The notes under the pieces were generated by a model, which was not told the DNA's origin, searched no databases, and saw only the letters and a list, made by a program, of their open reading frames with translations. Positions 34,807 to 64,000 of a stretch of 64,000 nucleotides of DNA are shown piece by piece. Origin of the DNA: Macrostomum lignano. Taxonomy: Eukaryota. The translations under genes were made by a program, and so were the position numbers. The stretch is taken from NCBI GenBank assembly GCA_002269645.1, contig NIVC01000986.1, forward strand, positions 62,001 through 126,000. Reading direction: 5' to 3'. Each line of letters begins with the position of its first letter. The first letter of the stretch is position 1.

Positions 34807-35857
34807 CGCTGCCAACCTGAAGGCAACCGTGAGGCCGCAGCAGGGTGAGCAAGTGCAAATGAGGCCACTCCAATCAATGCGAGTTCAGTTGGATTCCAGT
34901 TGCTAGGAACAAATTAGAAACCGTGCCCGCCTCTGGTGTATCTGCATGCGCAATCAGAAGTGATGCAGCCATTGATAGAAAATTACAGGATTGAGATCAG
35001 GACAGAGATTAGCATGAAGGTAAAAATTGGACAAGCAACATAAAGCTGAGAGCCTGAACAACACGCGCTGGTGACAAAATGAAGGAGTTGTACATGCAAG
35101 CATTGGGATTTAGTGAGATACCAAAACGGTAATTGGCACGATTAATCAAGTAAATGGTTAAGTACTGCATATTTTAATTCATAGATTCATAGACAGGCCG
35201 AGTGCGAGCGGTTTTCAATCAAGAAACGGCAAACAGTCTGCGAAGGGCCCGGGGTCTCGCGTTCTGGCAATTGGCGACAGAAAATTGCTCAAGGCTTCAC
35301 AATAACTTCTGTGAAAAATACAGGGCTGCAATTGTGCGGGTGTTAGGGACATTCGACACACGGGTCTGGGAGGCTGGCAGTAGCCCAGTAACCGAGGGTA
35401 TGGGAGGCTGGCCCTGCAGCTGAGGGTATGGGAGGCTGGCCCTGCAGCTAAGGGTATGGGAGGCTGCAGCTGAGGGTATGGGAAAGTAACAGCTCAACAA
35501 CTGAGGATCTCAGCTTTTAGAAGATCAGAAGAAACCGTACCAATATTTCGGAGTACTTCGCAGCACATTTGACAGTTTCAACTAAACAGTGCCAGACACC
35601 GGGCTCAGAGACGCAAGCTTGGCAAGGAGCCAGCGCAGGTGTGGAGTGCGACGGAATCAGTAACAGGTAAGAAATTGAGAATAATAGAAAGACCATTTTA
35701 GTATTCAAAAATAAAATTGTCAAAATCACGAATAACGACTAAGCATTAGTTTGGAAAAATTCCTATTGGAGTCTCGGCGGCAGCGCAAATCAAAAACTTT
35801 AAGTCCCAGGCTCACAGGGCCGCTCTTTGCTTTCGATAGACAGGGTTGCTATGAACA

Positions 35858-36200
35858 TTTTAGTAAAACAGGGTTGCTCTGGACGCTATCGTGAGACAGG
35901 GTTGCTATGGACGCTTTCGTGAGACAGGGTTGCTATGGACGCTTTCATGAGACAGGGTTGCTATGGACGCTTTCATGAGACAGGGTTGCTATGGACGCTT
36001 TCGTGAGACAGGGTTGCTATGGACGCTTTCGTGAGACAGGGTTGCTATGGACGCTTTCGTGAGACAGGGTTGCTATGGACGCTTTCGTGAGACAGAGTTG
36101 CTATGGACGCTTTCATGAGACAGGGTTGCTATGGACGCTTTCATGAGACAGGGTTGCTATGGACGCTTTCGTGAGACAGGGTTGCTATAAACGCTTTCGC
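35858..36200. repeat. 28-bp minisatellite just past the ABCC10 stop
   Basis: gacagggttgctatggacgctttcgtga, about 12 copies. Confidence 0.93.
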
Positions 36201-36231
36201 ACAAGAGAGGTTGAACCCAGCCTAGTCCTGG

Positions 36232-57843
<21,612 letters not shown>

Positions 57844-57904
57844 GTCAGGATTGTGGAAGAGCTGTCAGCGGGCTGGCGGGTCTGACATCTGACAGCTGAA
57901 ACTG

Positions 57905-58950
57905 AGGGAGCGGAGAGCAGATGCAGGGACTGATCAGGGGGTGGAGAGGCAGATTCAGGGACTGATCAGGGAGCGGAGAGCAGATGCAGGGACTGATCAG
58001 GGAGCGGAGAGCAGATTCAGGGACTGATCAGGGAGCGGAGAGGCAGATGCAGGGACTGATCAGGGGGCGGAGAGGCAGATTCAGGGACTGATCAGGGAGC
58101 GGAGAGGCAGATGCAGGGACTGATCAGGGGGCGGAGAGGCAGATGCAGGGACTGATCAGGGAGCGGAGAGCAGATGCAGGGACTGATCAGGGGGCGGAGA
58201 GGCAGATTAAGGGACTGATCAGGGAGCGGAGAATAAAAAAATGCAGCGACTGATCAGGGACTGATCAGGGAGCGGAGAGCAGATTCAGGGACTGATCAGG
58301 GAGCGGAGAGCAGATTCAGGGACTGATCAGGGAGCGGAGAGCAGATGCAGGGACTGAGTAGGGGGCGGAGAGGCAGATGCAGGGACTGATCAGGGAGCGG
58401 AGAGCAGATGCAGGGACTGATCAGGGGGCGGAGAGGCAGATTCAAGGACTGATCAGGGGGCGGAGAGGCAGATGCAGGGACTGAGTAGGGGGCGGAGAGG
58501 CAGATGCAGGGACTGATCAGGGGGCGGAGAGGCAGATGCAGGGACTGATCAGGGAGCGGAGAGCAGATGCAGGGACTGATCAGGGGGCGGAGAGGCAGAT
58601 TCAAGGACTGATCAGGGGGCGGAGAGGCAGATGCAGGGACTGAGTAGGGGGCGGAGAGGCAGATGCAGGGACTGATCAGGGGGCGGAGAGGCAGATGCAG
58701 GGACTGATCAGGGGGCGGAGAGGCAGATGCAGGGACTGATCAGGGAGCGGAGAGCTGATGCAGGGACTGATCAGGGAGCGGAGAGCAGATGCAGGGACTG
58801 ATCAGGGGGCGGAGAGGCAGATTCAAGGACTGATCAGGGGGCGGAGAGGCAGATGCAGGGACTGAGTAGGGGGCGGAGAGGCAGATGCAGGGACTGATCA
58901 GGGGGCGGAGAGGCAGATGCAGGGACTGATCAGGGGGCGGAGAGGCAGGC
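57905..58950. repeat. 31/32-bp minisatellite carrying GC boxes, directly upstream of the ABCC10 ATG
   Basis: gcagatgcagggactgatcagggggcggagag, about 32 copies; many contain GGGGCGGAG. Confidence 0.95.
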
Positions 58951-59492
58951 TCAGAAGGCCCAAAAACGAGGAAAGTGTCATCATTACAAGAAGAGGTGCT
59001 GGCTGAACGCAAGATCCAGCGCAAATAAGCAAAGCCAAAGCCGCGGTTCAGCTGTGAAATGAGCTGTAAAATTGAAAAAATTGCCCCTGTATAATTGGCG
59101 CCCACAGCAAACATGAAGCAGGCATGGAGAACAGAAGCGAAGCGACATGAAAGCGGGCAGAGGGCGGGCCGTCACCCACAAAGCACACAGAGAAAGAGCG
59201 GAGCAAGCAGCCGGCTAGCAGACTGGCGCCGAGACTTGATTTGATCAAAAATCACCATTGACGGTAAAACGGTAAAAAAATCAATATTTACCGTTGATAA
59301 AAAAAACAACACCTGTAATAAATACTATTAAAACGCAAGAGTAAGAAGAGCTAACTGAGGGTTTTTTCCTTAATGCTCATAGGCACAGTTTATCCTTATC
59401 AGTAGGAGTGTCAGGACATTTCTATACCCACAGGGTGTAAAAATTGTTGGTTGCACATTTGCATTCAAGACCTACACTGCTTCTTTCAAATA

Positions 59493-59498
59493 TTTATT
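59493..59498 (-). terminator. Candidate polyadenylation signal of GGPS1
   Basis: AATAAA on the minus strand about 190 nt past the GGPS1 stop. Confidence 0.4.
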
Positions 59499-59684
59499 CC
59501 TGACTTTGCCTGGATAATGTTCGGGTGGTAAAAATCCCAGCATAAACATTGGCAACTGAGTGCTAATCCTATGATGGCCTTCTCAACCATGCATTCTTCA
59601 ATTCCCCCTTTATTAGCTCTAAGAAACCCCATAGCTGCAAGGAACTCCAGAGTCTGGATAGGAAGCGCTCGGAGAGCTCCATCA

Positions 59685-61721
59685 TCACGCATTAGCATAC
59701 AGCTTAGCCAGCTCAAGAACGAGCTCCCTGAGAAGCGCATTGTCCGGGCTGAGCGAGTCCAGCAGCTGCATCAGCTGGGCCTCCAGCTGCCGGAGGAACT
59801 GCACCGTGTGGTCCAGGGCGCCCAGGCTGCGCAGGTGCCTGACGCAGAACTTTTTCACTTCAACATCGCGAGTTCGCTGACGCAGCACCGACGAGATTTG
59901 ATCGTCGTCAGGGCAGTTCTGGATGGCCCACACGATCGGGTAGCTGTACTTGCCCTCCGTCAGGTCCTCGCAGAACGACTTGTTGTCATGGTACTCCTCC
60001 GACATCAGGTTCGCGAAGTCGTCACGGACCTGGGGAGATGTTCCATTTCAAATGGTGAGCGTCCGGGAAGGCTGCTTCACCCACATACTGGTACACCTGG
60101 AAGAGCACTCCCAGCCCAGTCTCACCTGGAAGAACACACTCCCAGCCCAGTCTCAACTGGAAGAACACACTCCCAGCCCAGTCTCACCTGGAAGAACACA
60201 CTCCCAGCCCAGTCTCAATTGTAAGAACACACTCCCAGCCCAGTCTCACCTGGAAGAACACAATCCCAGCCCAGTCTCACCTGGAAAAACACACTCCCAG
60301 CCCAGTCTCACCTGGAAAAACACCCCCAGCAGGTCGGCCATGCGCAGCAGGTCGGTCTCCCTGGCCGCGCCGCAATCGCCAGAGAAGAGGCACATGAGGC
60401 GGATGCCCAGGCCAAAGAGGCCGCCAGTCTTCATGCGCACCATCTCCTGGTACTGCTCCAGGGTGGGGCAGGTGTAGGTGTCCCGCCAGTACAGGTCGAG
60501 TCCCTGGCCGCGGTGCAGCACCAGCATCTGGTCAGTGAAGACGCGCGGCACCCGGCTGTCGGGCAGGCGCAGCGCGGTGTCCAGCGCCTTGAAGTACATG
60601 TAGCAGGCGCTGTTCAGGGAGAGCGGCAGGCCGAACACGTGATGGGCGACGGGCACGCCGCGGCGCAGCTCGGAGCTGTCTTCGATGTCGTCAATTCTGA
60701 GCGCGAGTTGCAATTTAGTCACTCAGTTTATAATAGTGAAGCCCGTAACAGTGATCCGCAGCTATGCATTCTGCTGACCCCTGAGCCCACATGTGCACGT
60801 AAGGCTAAGATGTCAAGGCTTACGGGGATTGCTGAGATGTCGAGGCTTACTGTGATTAGGGGGATTGCTGAGATGTCGAGGCTTACTGTGATTAGGGGAA
60901 TTGCTGAGATGTCGAGGCTTACTGTGATTAGGGGAATTGCTGAGATGTCGAGGCTTACTGTGATTAGGGGAATTGCTGAGATGTCGAGGCTTACTGTGAT
61001 TAGGGGAATTGCTGAGATGTCGAGGCTTACTGTGATTAGGGGAATTGCTGAGATGTCGAGGCTTACTGTGATTAGGGGAATTGCTGAGATGTCGAGGCTT
61101 ACTGTGATTGGGGGAATTGCTGAGATGTCGAGGCTGACAGGGGAGAATCGATGTGGTATTGAGGCTAAGGGGGGATTGCTGATATCAAGGGTGAGAGGTC
61201 AGAAGCTACATGTAGGAGTATTTTATTCAATTTTTTCATTCCATTCTTTGTTGGCTCCCCAAGGGGGGCGCTGATTGCTAGTTTTTGCTAGATGCCAATG
61301 TACGCAATATGCGCCTTAGAGGTTAGTCCCAAGCAAGTTTTTGTGCAAGAGTCCTAAATTAAATAATTTGCTTTGGCGTAGAGCTACTTTGGCCTCCACA
61401 ACAAAAAAGAATAACAGCTTCATCACAGAGCAGACTCACATCAGAGAGGAATTGTGCAGCATCTCAGCGATCTCCGAGATCACCGACATAACTTCTTCGC
61501 TTACATTCAACCAGTGATTAAAGGCCTGAAATTGAAGTTAAAAAATCCAGTAATAAAAGCAGGGGCTGTTTTCTTAGCTAAAAGTGAAATACAATTGTTA
61601 CAATTATCAGCAAACTTACTTTGAAGAGCTTGCCTCGAATCTGCTTGCCACCAGCCTGGCAAATGTAGTTGTATGGTCCATTAAGGGCCTTATTCATGTG
61701 GTAGTCCAGACTCTGTGCCAT
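59685..61721 (-). CDS. GGPS1: Geranylgeranyl pyrophosphate synthase (305 aa)
   Basis: Exons 61721-61620, 61525-61440, 60696-60312 and 60029-59685, in frame. Motifs: GKQIRGKLFKAFNHWL, MLHNSSLIIDDIEDSSELRRG (first Asp-rich motif), GQGLDLYWRD, KTGGLF, FQVRDDFANL (second Asp-rich motif), EDLTEGKYSYP. Confidence 0.96.
60085..60320 (-). repeat. 31-bp repeat copying the GGPS1 exon 3 end and donor site
   Basis: cccagcccagtctcacctggaagaacacact, about 7 copies; on the minus strand TTCCAG|GTGAGA. Confidence 0.93.
60825..61135. repeat. 36-bp minisatellite, GGPS1 intron 2
   Basis: gctgagatgtcgaggcttactgtgattaggggaatt, about 8.5 copies. Confidence 0.95.
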
Positions 61722-63692
61722 TGTGGTTTCAGGCTTAACTGAAAATATGCAATTTATTCATTAGATACTACAAAATAGCTAAGGGACACTAAATATTAAG
61801 TTAAACCATAAGTCGCCTATCTACGAAAGATAATGCAAAATTTTTGGACTATTGCTTGCCCTGAATACAAGTCTTCTCTGATTAGGCTGCAACTTGAAAT
61901 TATCAAATAATGAACTACATTTTACTATGCTGTACATCTGAACATGTTTGTTTAAAGTTATCAATGATTAGAAATAACTGGGTTATGGTTGCTAAACATG
62001 ATTTTTCACAGCTACCAATTACTGTCATTGTCCCTTATGCTACCAGATGTGCTTATAGGTTGATTAGCTACTGGTGCATTCCAGCATTTTTCCTAACTTA
62101 TACTCAAGCCTTAGTAGCTAGATCAAGAAACATCAGCAACATTGGTGACAAGTTGATTATGTAATGTTTGATCAAGAGCATGAATACCAAATGTAAGGCA
62201 CCACCTTATCAAAAGTCTACATTACTATTTTATCCTATCATTGGCATCCCATGATAAAATGGCATTGACTTTTCTTAGACCCAAAATTTAAGAGCTAAAA
62301 GATTTGTTGGTCATCCCTTCACTTTTTAACTTTTGGATAAATTTATAGCTAGGCTAGTTATAAACAGATTTTAGAAGAATTAGATGCAATTTGTACATAG
62401 GGCAAGCAATAGTCTTAATATTTTTATTAGTCTAGAAACTTTTGGAATATACCTTGTACCAAAATGTCAAATGTTTTAAATTAGTAATTATAAATTTCCT
62501 ACTAATTTTTGAAGTCACGTTCACTATGAATAATACTTGAAAAACATAGTAACTGCTCAATCAACAAAACAATCATATACATAACAATCTCTTTAGCTTC
62601 TAAAGCATAAAAACCTAGTTTAATAGAACATTAAAAATTATTAAAAGTGCAATTTGGATTTACAAAACTTTGTCCAGTGAAACAATATTAACTAAGTTTT
62701 AAATTTTCTTGGTTACTTGTTTGAATGGTTAATGATAAAAATAATTTTTATTTTCTATGAAAATTTTTATTTCTAGTTAAAATACTACTTCTTAAACTAG
62801 AGACAATTTGTCTAAAGGGCATAATATTTTGTTAACAAAAAATAAATTTATACAGTCTCTTAATTCAATTTTGCATATTTTTTTGCCATTTATTATGCTA
62901 ATCAGTTCAATTTAAAATTAAATTAGTCAAGTTCTTTTTTGTCATTGTAAGTGTTAATTATATAAATTACTTTAATTAATAACTTTTACAGAAGACATTT
63001 CTTTACTTTAAAGACTTATCAAAATTTAAATTCGAAATATCATGCAACATTGCTTTTAAGTTAGTTTTTGTTCATATTCACGTGAATTAGCAAGTCTCTA
63101 GTAATTAATAATCTAATTATTAGTCAGAATTAAGAATGAGCAAAGTTCACTATTCAGTTCAGTTTAAATTTAGGTCGATCATGACATGATAAAAAGCTAC
63201 AAAATTAAATACCTAGTTAAGTTATTTAAAGGTACACTATCTAAACAACACAAATTATGCTTAGGAATTATGTTTTTAGAAGAATGCAACAAAATTAGAC
63301 TGTTTCGTCCTCTGCATATGCCATAATTTAACAGATAACATTTGCTTCGTGGAAAACCTGGAATTTAAAATGTAAATGCTTCGTATACCTACTACAACAA
63401 AAACATTTTTATTGAAATTCTGTTTTATTTTTAAAAGAAGTTTTTCTTTTCAGTTTCAACCAAAGATTAAGTAAAAAATTCATTCTCTGACTTAAAATTA
63501 TTTGAATAGTAAATTGATAGTAAGAAAGTCAAATCAAATATTTAATTGTAAATGGCTAAGAAATATCAATTGTGTGCAAGTAATATTCAAACAACTTAGC
63601 TTACTTGCTCTATTGTATAACCAATTATTATATTTTTTCAGCTCTTGGACTAAGAATTAGCTTTTTAAACTGGGAAAACTTGTAGAAGAGAC

Positions 63693-63876
63693 ATGGTATG
63701 CGATAAATGTAAGTTTAGACTTAAAAAACTCAATATAATCTTTTAGATTTTTAGGTAGGCCTCTCAAATCGATGCAAGAAGAACAAAGGTATTTTCTTGT
63801 GGTTTTTTAGGTGAGAAGAAACTTGGCAAGGTGGTCACCCCTGATGTTTGGAAGGCTGGAGCAAGAAATACTACTG
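63693..63876 (+). CDS. CRIPT: Cysteine-rich PDZ-binding protein CRIPT, first two coding exons (rest beyond the window)
   Basis: Exon 63693-63708 (ATG GTA TGC GAT AAA T|GTAAGT) plus exon 63811-63876 gives MVCDKCEKKLGKVVTPDVWKAGARNTT, matching the conserved CRIPT N-terminus MVCEKCEKKLG..ITPD.WK.GARNTT. Confidence 0.9.
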
Positions 63877-64000
63877 GTAAGATTTCTTAAAACTGGTTTG
63901 ATTTTTGTCAAAATGTTAATTGCTTTAAGCTGGGTGACACTTGTGTGTGCAAGCCAATTGCAACCAAATCTATCTGGAATGTATTATAGTATGAGTATTA

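Noticed and set aside
63746-63790. Apparent mini-exon ATGCAAGAAGAACAAAG|GT inside CRIPT intron 1
   Set aside because: Splicing it to the next exon gives an immediate TGA; the 63708-63811 junction yields canonical CRIPT.

Overview
Eukaryotic (metazoan) genomic DNA: GT-AG intron genes with GC-rich exons, and most introns carry their own tandem repeat. The style suggests a flatworm such as Macrostomum, but that is inference only. I spliced five genes by hand, and the reading frame closes at every junction. (1) PFTAIRE kinase CDK14/15-like, minus strand, 9 exons, running off the left edge. (2) TMEM179-like, plus strand, 5 exons, 470 aa. (3) ABCC10/MRP7-like ABC transporter, minus strand, 13 exons, 1655 aa, with one GC-AG intron. 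(4) GGPS1, minus strand, 4 exons, 305 aa. (5) The first two coding exons of CRIPT, plus strand, missed by the ORF track. Also missed by the track is a 56-aa ORF at 12384-12554 (-) encoding a signal peptide plus an acidic 6-Cys mature peptide, with a Kozak-like start and an AATAAA. Mobile DNA: a decayed 1183-bp mariner and a 786-bp MITE with a TATA target duplication. Unusual structures: four arrays whose unit copies an exon end plus its 5' splice site; a mosaic array built around a GCGAAGC hairpin that contains a templated insertion; two inverted arms of one 29-bp satellite; and a nested 416-aa Q/H-repeat ORF inside ABCC10 intron 11. Most long ORFs in the track are repeat artefacts. I found no CRISPR, tRNA or rRNA.
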